From the NCBI GenBank assembly GCA_025594325.1, contig JANHCV010000012.1, forward strand, positions 186,001 to 250,000: a stretch of DNA of 64,000 bases, read 5' to 3'. The position numbers were made by a program, and so were the translations under genes. Shown in pieces: positions 1 through 10,973 of the stretch. Each line of letters opens with the position of its first letter. Within the stretch, counting starts at the first letter, position 1. This stretch comes from Blastocladiella emersonii ATCC 22665 (Eukaryota; Fungi; Blastocladiomycota). Under the pieces are notes generated by a model. That model was not told the origin of the DNA. It saw only the letters and a list, made by a program, of their open reading frames with translations, and searched no databases.

Positions 1-513
1 GAGCCTCTTCAAGGCAGCGACGACCAGGTCCGGATTACGGATCTCCCCAACGACGTCTTTGAACACCTGTGGAACCTTGTTCCTCCATGGGTCGAGCCAA
101 AGCAGGTCACGAACTAACGCGGCCAAGAGTTCGAGCGAGGTGATAGGACAAGCAGGAAGCGCAGGCAGAAGCAGTTCGTGAAGCGGCTTGCACTTGAACT
201 TGCCCGAGTTGATCAGGCAATACGCCGTATCAAGCTGCTTGCGCATGCTGCCAGCTACCGCGGCATCGTGACGAGAAATGAGCTCTTCAATACGGCGGTG
301 CACTGGATCAAGTCCGTGCACAATGTTGAAGTCATCGCTGCGCGGGCCAAGTATTGTGTACTTCCAGCCATTGTCCTCGTCATCGTTGCCATACTTATCG
401 TTGCAATACCGAGAGCTGTTGTGTTCGGGTGCAAGAAGGATCAAATCCATGGCAACGCAAGGACGTGACGCACCAGGCATGCCAAACGCTTCACAGCGCA
501 GGGCGTTCAGTGC

Positions 514-1242
514 TCATTGCAGCAGTTTGGCGCAGTCGTATCCGTCACTGTTGGTCGCCAGATCCAGGATAAAGTTGAGACAAAATGCGCGGCCCTGTCG
601 CAGCACGCCTCGGCATGCGATATCAATGAAAGGGCTGTTCATGAGGAGGGCGCCGTATTCAAGAAGCGCCGCCTGAGCCTCGGCGGGCAACAGGCGTGGG
701 TTATCAAACAGGTCGAGGTCAGAGGTCCGCGACTCAATCAACGCCTCAATTTCGTAGGAGAGACTCGTTGAATAGCGAATGCCGGATCGTAAAAGGACAT
801 GAATGAAGGCCAACGGAGAGCGCAAACGACACGCGAGGAGCAACAGGTCCTCAGACTGGAGCTCGGTCAAAGGGCAGCCGGAGGCCTTGGAGAGCTTCTT
901 AAGCTCGGACCAGCGAGCGTCACGAACGCCCGCGTTCTGGCAGACGAGCGCCCCAGCCAGCGCAATGAAGCTGCTGGTGAAGTCGTTGTGATGCTGTTTA
1001 TGCTTATGTGAATCGCCGCAGCCGCGACATTGGGTGGGTGCAAGCTGGTGAAATTCATCGAAGCGGCTATATACGAGAGCAAAGATCGCCTGCATCCACG
1101 GGCGAGCGGTCCACAGCGACGGCTCGTTGACGGCAGCGCGGCAGGTCGCGCGAAGGGCGAGGGCACCCGCGACGTCCAGGCGCTGGGCAATGGCGGGCTG
1201 AAGATCTTGCGGCAAGTTAAATAGCATGACGGTGTCGTTCAT
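514..1242 (-). CDS. F-box-like protein
   Basis: N-terminal LFNLPQDLQPAIAQRLDVAGALALRATCR fits the F-box LP..l...I...L....l..l..tCr pattern; open frame of about 242 aa. Confidence 0.55.
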   Translation of the reverse strand: MNDTVMLFNLPQDLQPAIAQRLDVAGALALRATCRAAVNEPSLWTARPWMQAIFALVYSRFDEFHQLAPTQCRGCGDSHKHKQHHNDFTSSFIALAGALVCQNAGVRDARWSELKKLSKASGCPLTELQSEDLLLLACRLRSPLAFIHVLLRSGIRYSTSLSYEIEALIESRTSDLDLFDNPRLLPAEAQAALLEYGALLMNSPFIDIACRGVLRQGRAFCLNFILDLATNSDGYDCAKLLQ

Positions 1243-1351
1243 GGTGCACAATGCATGGCAGATTGGGGCGGTGGGAGCGTGGGCGGGAACGCGACCAGGG
1301 GTGCTAGTGGGGTGTGCGAGCGGCGGCGCCACAAGTTCCCCTTCCCTGCAC

Positions 1352-2789
1352 CAGGGGGGCTGAGCCAGGGGGGCTAAGTGGGGGTGAGCAGGCTAGCCAA
1401 ACCGTTGTCCCCGACCTCTGCTGCAGGTCACACGTGAGCTGACCCGCTCGCTGCGCTCCAGCAGCTCGGGTCACTCTGCCTCGTGGCGGCACGGGCCTTT
1501 CACCTCACCCACGTGTCTCCCAGCGCCCCCACCCTTCAGTTGTCGATCGCTCGCACTCTTTCTCTCTGAAATACGTTCGCCCTAACACGTTGATCATCTC
1601 GTGGAACTCACGTCCCGCTACGGCTCGGCCCCGCCGACCAGACGCCGCGCGGCCACCAGATGTCCGCCGACCTCGCCGCCCCCGCTCTCGCGCAACCTTC
1701 TCCGCTCGATCTTGAACTCGTCGCCCTCCCCACTCGCACCTACCGACGTGCAGGCGGGGCTCGCGGCCCTGCTGGTGCCCGTCCTTGCTACAGACCTGCC
1801 CCACCCTCCCTTCTGCCCTCGCCGACTCTGCCCCGCTCCTTGGCCTTCGCCCCTGATCCGCTCGCCGCTCAGCTCGCCGTTCGCCGTTCGCCGTTCGCCG
1901 TTCGATCGAACGCCTGAGCGCGTAGCCGCTACTTGCATGGTCAGCCGGCACTTGGGGCCCTTGAACTTGTGAGCCCCGTCGTGCGCCGCGTTGTCCAGCC
2001 CACGCGCATGCACCGACCTGACCGCCACCCTCGTCTCTTCGCTTCCCTCGCGTCTCTCCCTCCCCGGATCCGCTCCCGCCGCGCCAGCTTGCGCCCTAGA
2101 GCGCTTGCGAACCTCTTCGCGGTGGTCGCTGGACGTTGCTGCGCGGCACTTGCTGGCGACGGCCGTGGCCATGCTCGACCGCCTCGTCCGTCCCTTGCTC
2201 GCGACGCTCCACACCTCGCCCTCGCTCCATCTCGCGGCAGCCGCTTGCATTTCTCTTCGGTTCGTTCCCTGTCGATCTCACCTCGCAACGTTACATGTCC
2301 GGATCGCCGCCGCGACGACTTGTGCAGCAAGTCCAAGTCGCTGCTCGCCCTTCATGCCCCCTTCGCGGACACGCTACCCACCAACGCTATCGATGCCCTC
2401 GCGCCGCGTGCGTCGCGATCCGCACGGCTCCAGGCCCACCGCGTGCGCGCCCTTCCGCGGCGAGTCGCATCACGGCCCGCTGCCTCGTTCGCGACTTTCA
2501 TCCACTCTCACGCGCTGCACGGCCCACGAAACTCGGATCTGAGTTGCTACTTAATGTGAGCGCGAGTATGGCCAGCCTGAGGCCCAACCGCAAGCCGATC
2601 GGACCACCATGATTAACGCAATGTAGGTGTGAGACACTCTGATAAATCGCGGGCGTGAGTTGACACGAAACGATTGGCTCCCCGACGAGGTGGACCGGCC
2701 GGCTCACGTGTGACCTGCAGCAGAGGTCGGGGACAACGGTTTGGCTAGCCTGCTCACCCCCACTTAGCCCCCCTGGCTGAGCCCCCCTG
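1352..2789. mobile_element. Non-autonomous TIR DNA transposon, hAT-like (about 1.44 kb)
   Basis: 88-bp terminal inverted repeats 1352-1439 and 2702-2789 (1 mismatch) starting CAGGGGGG; flanks CCCTGCAC / CCCGCAC look like an 8-bp TSD with a 1-nt deletion; no transposase recognised inside. Confidence 0.75.
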
Positions 2790-2887
2790 CCCGCACGTGG
2801 AGCGCTTGGCGTCGCTCCTCTCCATGTCCGCTAGCGTGTAACTAGCCAACAGCGGACGACCATGCAACACTTTATGCAACTAGCTCC

Positions 2888-3934
2888 ATGAACTCAGCCA
2901 TGCTCGTCGCCCGCTTCGTTTGGGAAAACCGACAAGCGGCGGAGGCCTTCTTGCTCAATTCTATGAATCTGCGGCTGCACTCCATCAGCGCTGCCTCGGC
3001 GCAGCGAATCGACCCATCGAGCGTGTACTTTGAGGCCGAAGAGCTGCGTCACGACGCGCCCTTGGCGTCGCTTGGCCTCGGACCAGGCGAAGTTCGCCCG
3101 CACGCCCATGTCGAAACTCGTTTGCGGTTCCAGTCACCGCCATCCGACGTCCTGCATCAAGATCCTGCTCCGCATAATTTCTCTTTCGCTCTATCTCGCT
3201 CTCGTGCTTGCTCTCGCGCTCGCTCAAGCTCGCTCGACCGCGACACGCGCGCCTTGTCACGCTCAAGGGATGAGCCGTACCCGTCCGCCGACTCTCCCCG
3301 CTCAACGGAGCCTCCAGACTCTGCCGCTGCCCTAACCGCTGCACAGCTCCGGTTGTGCATGAACAACTGCCACCGATACGTGCCCGTTTTCGATCCGAGC
3401 AAGACCTCGGAGCTTGGTTCGCGCTCCGTCCAAATCGCACTACGCGAGCTTGTTGACAGGATTACCGCCGAGTGTCGTCCAGGCAACCTCGCGCGCGCCC
3501 TCCTGCTGGCCCGGAACCTGTTAAAGACGCCCATGTTCAACTGTTACGCAATCTTCCTTCGGTCAGACATGAACGACGCGCAGGCTCGGCGCGCGTTCCT
3601 TGACGCGTTCGACCCAGATCGCCGGCCATCATGGCTCAACGATTGGTGCGCGCTTGAGCGACATCAGGGCGAACCGGCTCGGCAGTTCGCCAATCGGTTC
3701 CTGGCCCTGATCGAGCCTGTGTTCTCCCGCCGTGAGATTGATGAGTTCCCGCACCGTCAACTTGTGTATCTCGACAAGCTTGGCAACGATTGTAGCGACA
3801 TTGGATTGAGCCGCAAGGCGCGTCAACAATTCCGTGACACATGGTGCAATCGACCGATGCCGTTCTTCACGTTGGTAAACAAGATCTCGCAGCGGAAACC
3901 TGCACCAGCCTTTGCATCGCGCAGCATCTCGTGA
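2888..3934 (+). CDS. 348-aa protein with possible N-terminal ubiquitin-like segment and C-terminal retrotransposon Gag/capsid-like segment
   Basis: Intact ORF; RRAFLDAFDP..WLNDWCALERHQGEPARQFANRFLAL resembles Retrotrans_gag; IDPSSVYFEAEELRHDAPLASLGL..RLR resembles the ubiquitin fold C-half. Confidence 0.5.
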   Translation: MNSAMLVARFVWENRQAAEAFLLNSMNLRLHSISAASAQRIDPSSVYFEAEELRHDAPLASLGLGPGEVRPHAHVETRLRFQSPPSDVLHQDPAPHNFSFALSRSRACSRARSSSLDRDTRALSRSRDEPYPSADSPRSTEPPDSAAALTAAQLRLCMNNCHRYVPVFDPSKTSELGSRSVQIALRELVDRITAECRPGNLARALLLARNLLKTPMFNCYAIFLRSDMNDAQARRAFLDAFDPDRRPSWLNDWCALERHQGEPARQFANRFLALIEPVFSRREIDEFPHRQLVYLDKLGNDCSDIGLSRKARQQFRDTWCNRPMPFFTLVNKISQRKPAPAFASRSIS

Positions 3935-4113
3935 CGGTATGCGCGCGAGCGGCGCTCACGAATTTTCGGTTATCAATGGAGGAACCGTTTTGCTCCTTGT
4001 TTGCGTTGCGGTCGGCCGCCAGCTTGTCGATCTGTTACGACACCCGGCCAAGCTAGTGCCGCGCACTGAATATCGTTGGACAAAGCGCAAAATCCTGCGG
4101 TGACGCATCTGCT

Positions 4114-4424
4114 ACTTGGAGTTTGGAAGAGTGGACAAAACAGGTAGACTAGCCTAACGGTGTGGAATCCGTGCTATTCTGCCAACTCTCCCCCACACTC
4201 AAGCGAACTTCAGCAGTGCTTAGAGAAGCGGGCTGCGTCAGTGCCATGCGAAGCCGCATCCATTGAGAGAACCATTTCCGTGACGGCGAATGGCGGATGC
4301 GACGCTCAAATGTGGGCTCAGCGGGGATCGGACTTAGGTCTCATAATCACTTGGAGTTCGGAAGAGTGGACAAAACAGATAGACTAGCCTAACGGTGTGG
4401 AATCCGTGCTATTCTGCCAACTCT
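4114..4424 (+). repeat. 76-bp direct repeat, two copies (4114-4189, 4349-4424)
   Basis: ACTTGGAGTT(T/C)GGAAGAGTGGACAAAACAG(G/A)TAGACTAGCC...GCCAACTCT; 2 mismatches. Confidence 0.9.
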
Positions 4425-5144
4425 GCTCAGCTACCTCCCTGCTGCTTGAGGAGCGCGACATGAGTTTGCGAGAGCTAAACTCGGTGTATGTGCCGTTTGT
4501 TGATCGTGTTGAAGTACTGGGTCATGGCGTCACCGATCTGCAGGTTAGCCATCTGCACACAGGCAGTCGTCTTGTCGAGCTTGCCCTCGAGGAGGTCGGC
4601 GATGACCGTGCCGGCCTTGCTCCGCTTGTCCGTGTCGACGTCGGTCATCTGGAAGCGCGCGCGACGCCATGTCGGGTCAACTTCTTGTCCATGATCATCT
4701 CCCTAGCGCTCTAGCCCCCTCGAGGGGCGAGCAAACCTCCTTGGCGCTCGAGCCCCCTCGCACGCTGACGTGCTTGCGTCTGCGGGTGAGGTCGAGACCG
4801 GCAAGCGCTCGCAGTGCCAGGAGGTAGACGCTCTGCGCAAAGTGGTCAACTTGGACGCGGGTAACGCGTCCATCATGCGAGCATTCTTCTCGAGGATGCT
4901 CGCCGGAATCAGAGAAGTGTGCGCAACTGAAAATGTGCTCATCGCCGACTTACACTCATGAACGCTGAAGCGGGGAAGCGAGCGCGAAGCGAGAACGGCC
5001 AAAGGCAAGGGCGAAAGGGCATAGCCCTGCGCCAGTGCCAGCCGAAGGCTGTGTGACGGCAAATGAAGGATGGTATGTTGAGCTGAATCACATGTTATTT
5101 TGTTGGCCAGGATAGTTCTACAGCTCGCACATCGGACTGGACGG

Positions 5145-5349
5145 TGTCATGTCGCTTTCATGATGGCCACGAGTGACGACTAGTCGGGGATGTGTATTCC
5201 TGTCATCGGCCCCGAGCTAGGACTGGGTGAAGGGAGAGTGGATTAGAATAGCGGGAGCGCCGCCGCAGGAGCGCGGCGGGCAGGAGCGAGGGATGTGGGC
5301 GCGAAAACCCGCGATTGGTGGCTGGTCCCCACCCACTTAGCACGTAACC
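5145..5349. mobile_element. Diverged solo LTR related to the LTRs of the chromovirus at 32416-37776
   Basis: Starts TGTCATG; shares blocks TAGTCGGGGATGTGTATTCCTG, TCGGCCCCGA, GGAGCGAGGGAT and CACGTAAC with the 216-bp LTR; no clean TSD. Confidence 0.55.
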
Positions 5350-5359
5350 TTGGCATGCT

Positions 5360-6772
5360 TCAGACGATCAGGTTTGCGTCGGGGCACCGTTTTTGGATCA
5401 AGGACTTAACCGCATTGGCATTAAGAAAGTTGCCTCGAAACGACAGGTTTGCAAGGCCTCGTGGAAGCGATGGAGCAAGCAGGTTGATCGCGTCCATAGA
5501 CAGTTCGCTGTACTCGAGACCCAAGTCCTTGAGAGCAAGCGGCATGTAACCAACGAGCTCGCGCGCGCCGTCAGTCTTGAGCCTGTTACCAGAAAGATCC
5601 AGCCGCTTCAGCGACTCGGGTAGCGCGCGAGCAATCGCTCCAAGGTGGGCTGGGTCCGCGAGTCGTGATCGGGAGAGGTCGAGTGAAGCGAGACTGCGAG
5701 GCAAATGCTCAGCCAGGACGAGAGCAGCGGGTGGTTCGACCTCGTGAAGCTTGCCGATTGGAGCAGAGCGAAGCGTCAGGTACTTGAGACTCGCGGGTAA
5801 GTTTCGTCCGATAGCACGCACTCCAGCAACGGTGAGCTTGTTCCAGCTAAGCGTGAGCGAGGTGAGAGTTGAGGAGAGCCGCTCGGCCAGTAAAACTGCC
5901 GCAGAATCATCGAGATCAACTTTTCGAATTGCAAGCGAATCAAGGCGCGGCGGAAGGGACTGTGCGAACGCGAGAAGCGACCCGGTCGGCGCGGTGCACC
6001 CCTCCAACTCGATATGTGCGAGCGTGCAAGGAAGGGAAGCAAGGGCAAGACCACGGCCAAGATGGACCCGTTTGAGATGGAGCGTCTTGAAGCTCGCGTG
6101 AAGCCATGGGCCTTGGACCAGTTCAGCTTGGTAGTCGATCGGGACGTTGCACAAGTACACGGCTCTGAGTCCAAGGTCACAATGCAGCAGTGCTTGCAGA
6201 GTTGACATCGTCACTGCACAAGTCTCGAGCGAAATCGCGGTCGCGGCGCCCCTGAGGCCAGCGAGACGTTGCACTAGTCCGTTCACGACGTCCTGCGTGA
6301 TCCGGGTCTGGCCGACTTTGAGCACCAGTTGCTTCTTGTTCCGCTGGTGTGGAACGGGCATAAAGACAACCTTGGATTGGCCAATCGACCTTCCAAGGAA
6401 CACTCCGAACAACGGCGACGCACCGTACAAAACCGTGTTGATTTTGAGCGGCAGGCCAGAGTCACGCTACCACTCGACCGCTGCGTACTGGTTTTTGTTC
6501 CAAGCCTGGGAAATTGCGAGTTCCGAGTACACGAGCGGGCGGCCCAGGTGGACCCATTCGTTCAACAGTGCGACGTTACCACGCTGGCTCGCTGCGTCCA
6601 TCGTGAAGGCCTTGGCGTGAACCAGGACGGCACGACGGACGGCGAGAGCATGTTCACGGGGCAAGACACACAAGTACTTGTGGAGGCCCGGCGTGTCCGA
6701 CGGGTCGTGCATTACTACTGCAAACTCAAGAACCCGCTCAATCACGGTGTAAGGAATGGTTGCCATTGACAT
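5360..6772 (-). pseudogene. Ankyrin-like + RNI-type LRR protein with one nonsense codon
   Basis: Continuous frame MSMATIPY..MDAASQRG..AVEW*RDSGLPLK then LRRs (LKRLDLSGNRL); TAG at 6467-6469 replaces the TGG of the family WW motif. Confidence 0.75.
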
Positions 6773-8095
6773 GTGTGTAACATTGCATAAAGTCGCTGCT
6801 CTCATTTTTTCTTGCTTCATGTTTGGGTCGTGCGACAGAGGGAGCGAGGCAGCTTCTGCCCGCCAATCCACCTCTCAAGCCGCATTTCGCCTCGCCACGT
6901 GCGGATGAACATCGCGACCCCTCAGCTCGCTCGCTCCGACAGCGGGTCAACGAGATTATGGGCGAGAAAAGAAAAAATCAACAATGTCAGATCGCTAGCC
7001 CATGGGAGCTTGCATTCGATCGACATTGCGTTGGTCCAAGAGCTCTCGTTTTGAGCGAGCGAAGTCAGCGCGTTCGGTGTGAAGCCAGTTCCCTTGGTGA
7101 AGTATCAAGCCTCGCCTCACATCATCACGTGCAGATGAGCCCCGCGTCGGGTCGCGCCCTGCTCTTCAGCTCCCCCTTTCGGCTAGCCAGGCTTACCACA
7201 GTGTCCTGCTGTACCCGTATCGGTCAAGGGTAAGGCAGCTAGGCTGTGAACAAGGAATAATCAAACGTAAATCCGAAGCCGAACATGACGCCGAGGTGTA
7301 TCGGCTGTCATGGCCGTGGTCAGTACGCTGCACGACCCGCATCGTTGTTGCGATTGCTTGCTCAGGTCAACGGCAAACCAGCGCTTAGCGCGATAGCTGC
7401 GTTGGACGGCAGGTCAGGCATGTTAAAGCAGCTTGAGCACGCGCTCCTGCGCAATCAGGAAGGAGGGCATGTTTGGTGAGTGATTTGCATGGACTGCACG
7501 ACGCGCTCAGCCGGCTGCCTGTGCACGCAGAAGGCAGAAGGTACCCGTGTTTTCGCTCACGCGGCCGAGGCAAAAATAGTCACGCGTTTCGCTGGAACGC
7601 TCGTTTCGGGCTTCATTCCCGCGCCGAGAACCCCACCACACCGTCGCAACTCAAAGTGCATCAATACTTTCCAGGTTAGGCAGAGGCTGAGCAAAGCGCG
7701 TGCAGGAAGGCGCTCAATGAGGGTTCGGTTTGAAGCGCGGGCGCGTGCGCTCGTGCTGCGCCACCCACTCGCCTTCGGCCCCCAGATCCAGCGAACTCCA
7801 GTTTGACTTTCTCGCGTCGCAGAGTGACCGCCACATCACCAAATCGAGACATCTCAATGCAATCGCTGCGGCCGGCAGCTGCTCCGCGTCGCATTGATGA
7901 TGCGTTGGTTTGCCGCTGCGTCGCGTCAAACACGTTCCAGTGCAACCGCAGCAGTCGCGCAGCGGTCGGAGCGTGAGACTGTAAAGACCGGCCGGCTCTC
8001 CCGCTCTCCGTCTAGCTGATCCTTAACAGTCAGCCAAGCCCCTCCAGCTCAGCAGTCTATCGCCCATCACCCAAGCCCTTCTCCCTCCAACCACC

Positions 8096-8521
8096 ATGAA
8101 CCCTTCCGCTCTCGTCGTGCTCGTCTTCGCCCTCGTCGCCGTGGTCTCGGCCTCGACCCTCCCTCCTCCGATCTTCACGCTTTTCCCGGTCCCGGCCACG
8201 TACAAGGTGACCAACACGCACAAGGCCACGTTCGAGTCGAACGGCAAGCTCACCGTCATGTCTTCGCTGCCCTGCGACAACGTGCCGTGCGCCGGCGTTC
8301 GCGGCGAGGGCGAGTGGTCGTACGACCCCAAGACCGACGGCCTGACGGTCAGCTACTGGATGAACCCGGCGTGGACCATCTCGCAGACGTGGACCTGCCC
8401 GTCCAAGTCCAAGGACTTCTACGTGTCGCGCCTCGACGAGTGCAAGCTCGTCAGCGCCTCGGGCGCCCAGTCGGACGTGGCCCCGATCCCCGCCAAGTCC
8501 AAGACCTGGGTCCGCCAGTAA
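8096..8521 (+). CDS. Small secreted protein, 141 aa, 4 Cys
   Basis: Signal peptide MNPSALVVLVFALVAVVSA; strong GC3 codon bias. Confidence 0.8.
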   Translation: MNPSALVVLVFALVAVVSASTLPPPIFTLFPVPATYKVTNTHKATFESNGKLTVMSSLPCDNVPCAGVRGEGEWSYDPKTDGLTVSYWMNPAWTISQTWTCPSKSKDFYVSRLDECKLVSASGAQSDVAPIPAKSKTWVRQ

Positions 8522-9021
8522 GTGATCGTGGCCGACATTTGCGCGCGTGCGAGTGCTGTCGTGAGAGTGTGCTCGTGTGATTGGTGTGTGCGTGACCCAA
8601 GGGTATCAGCGCGCGGCGAGCTAGCGGGAGAGGTTGAGAAGTAGAGCGAGTGCAATCAAAATGCAGTCATGTTTCTTGATCTATCAAAGAACAACGCGTG
8701 TGATAGACAAGTTCGTCTCGCGGGTGGACTGATGATGATGCTGCGCGGAGCAGGTCTCGGTTTTCGCGAGATGGTCGCGTGGAAGGTGCTCGGCCCACGA
8801 GAGTCGCGACGCGGTCATGCTGATGCCACGCGGCGATTACGAGACATGCTTTCGCCGCGTACAAGAGAGGTGCTGCCTTCATATCGGGCTCGACCTCCCC
8901 CGCTTCTGGCTCGCCTGTCCTGCCTCACACTCGAGACGAATCGACCCGCCGAGCCTTCTGAACATGGTCCTGACAATCAAGTGATCAGCGGCGCTCCCCG
9001 AAACAGGCGGATGTGAGTAAG

Positions 9022-9736
9022 TTACTCCATTTTTCGCTGAAAGGCGCTACGGTACGCGAGCCACCCCTCGCCGGCGAGGATGATCATGGCGAGGCTGAAT
9101 GCGGCCATGACGCGCTAAAACCGGAATTCAGTGTTAGTCTTCATTCGCTTGTCCCTTACGAGCGATATGGAAGGCGGAGCGTACCCAGGCGACGTTGTCC
9201 GAGATGGTCGGCCCGATCCACATGACGGCCACAAAGACGGACGCGGCGGTGAAGAAGACGTTGAAGGACCCGATCAGAACCTTTGATACGGCCTTGGGGT
9301 CCCCAGCGAGCTGCGCCGCATCGGGCAACGCGAGTTTGCTGTCGATGAGGCGGCGGCCGGTCATGCGCTCGTACTCGAACTCTTCCTGCTCGGCGCGGAT
9401 AGCGTCCAGAATGCGCTGCAGCTCGGGCGACTAGTCGCAAGTGGCGGTCAGCGGCCGCGCGTAACGAGGTCCATGCACGGGAACGAGTACCTTGGGCTTG
9501 GGCGCTTGCGGCGCAAAGTAGACGCGGGAGCCACGAGTCAGCTCGTCAAACGGCGGCACCACACCGTCTTTGGAAGCGACTCTCTCTTTAGCCTCGGTGT
9601 GGCACGCGAAAAGGACCGAGAACGGAACGTGGTCGTCGTCAAGGAACGGCGCGAGCGTCGCGCGTGTCGGCTCACTCACGTCCGCATGAAGCAAGAAGTC
9701 GCGCATGCGCGATGTCGTAAAGAGGTCGATTCCCAT
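9022..9736 (-). CDS. VMA12: V-ATPase assembly factor VMA12/TMEM199 (2 introns)
   Basis: RGSRVYFAPQAPKPK|SPELQRILDAIRAEQEEFEYERM, two TM segments, C-terminal RKME*; GT-AG introns near 9431-9490 and 9127-9186. Confidence 0.8.
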
Positions 9737-9859
9737 AATGTTGCAGCAGGTCGGGTCAAGTTTACATGGAGAGTGGGTTTGTCAAGGGGAGAAGTCGGGG
9801 CGCGAGGGGCGCAACGCGTCCTTGAAGTCGTCGCCGCCAACCTCTCCCTGCACCATGCA

Positions 9860-10906
9860 ATGTATCCTTTGACAGCAAGCAAGCCGCCGCAAACACGCAC
9901 CGGCCTGCGTCCACGGGCCCTGGGCGCGCGTGGGACCGCGGACGGCGATGCGAACGTGGGCGCCATCGAGCTCGCCGCGTACGACGCTCGTCTGCGCCGG
10001 CTGCGCAATCGCGCCGTCGAGGAGCAGCGGGTCCAACGAGAGCAACAGCTTGCAGCGCGGCGACGGCGTGGGCCGCAGACGCGGGTCTCCTCGACCAAGA
10101 AGCCCGTCGCCGTGAAGCAGGAGGACCCGCCACGGCCGCTGCCGTCGCCACCACCCGAACCGCTCCGTCCTTCGAAACCTCCGAGAGATGACGTTCCGGC
10201 TGTCGGCGACCTCCTGCGCATACTGCGGACGCGCCAGAAGCAGGCGGCGCGGTCGCCCGACCGTGGGATCGCGGCGTCGAACGCTTGGCCTATACTTCCA
10301 CCTCTGCTCCCGCCGTCTTCATCGCCACCACCACCTCCAAGGACGGTACAGGCCATTGCTATCCAAACCGACGATCCGCCAGACCCGCCGCAACCGCGCT
10401 CGCCGCCGCGGAAACCGCCCGTGGTGCAGATCGCGCTGACCCCGCGCCGACCGCGACCTTCCGTCGTACCTCCTGGGCGAACGCCGCCACCAGCTATGCC
10501 CGCAGCGCTTCCTCTAGTCCAAGCTCCATCAACACCACGCTCGCGTCGACGGAAACCGCGCCCCGGGCCGCCCTCTGGCCTCATCGAAATCGCTTCGACC
10601 GCCGCCGCACCACCGCTCATCTCGACCCGGACAACGCGCGTGCACGTCCACCCGCTTCTCCCCGCTGACCGCGACCGCGCCGTACTTGCCGTCGATGTCG
10701 CGCGCGCGGCGCGGATCCACGCGAACCGCCGGTCGCGCGCCGACTTTGTCGCCGACCACTACGGAGTGCGCGACCCCGCCGAGCTGTTCCGGCTCGTGGA
10801 CCGGGCCGAGTCGCTCATCTTCGCCGGTTTGATGCGCGGGGTGGTGCGCGAGGTGGACGCGGCGCTCGGCGGCGTTGTCGATGCGACGTTTCGTGGCGAG
10901 CTCTGA
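9860..10906 (+). CDS. Pro-rich coiled-coil protein, possibly centriolar (moonraker/DUF4378-like C-terminus)
   Basis: Open frame; C-terminal helix ending VREVDAALGGVVDATFRGEL; family assignment weak. Confidence 0.5.
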   Translation: MYPLTASKPPQTRTGLRPRALGARGTADGDANVGAIELAAYDARLRRLRNRAVEEQRVQREQQLAARRRRGPQTRVSSTKKPVAVKQEDPPRPLPSPPPEPLRPSKPPRDDVPAVGDLLRILRTRQKQAARSPDRGIAASNAWPILPPLLPPSSSPPPPPRTVQAIAIQTDDPPDPPQPRSPPRKPPVVQIALTPRRPRPSVVPPGRTPPPAMPAALPLVQAPSTPRSRRRKPRPGPPSGLIEIASTAAAPPLISTRTTRVHVHPLLPADRDRAVLAVDVARAARIHANRRSRADFVADHYGVRDPAELFRLVDRAESLIFAGLMRGVVREVDAALGGVVDATFRGEL

Positions 10907-10973
10907 TCAACTCTCTACCCATACACTCTCTGACTTCCATGAATCACATGTAAACTTGCTGCAACGTGACATT

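Noticed and set aside
1-468. Fanzor/TnpB or IS5-like remnant
   Set aside because: Only vague resemblance; no RuvC or DDE catalytic motifs; ITDLPNDVFEHLW fits an F-box equally well; truncated by the window edge and interrupted by a stop
4430-5062. Possible spliced minus-strand gene
   Set aside because: Protein-like fragments, but stops and unclear junctions; no family recognised
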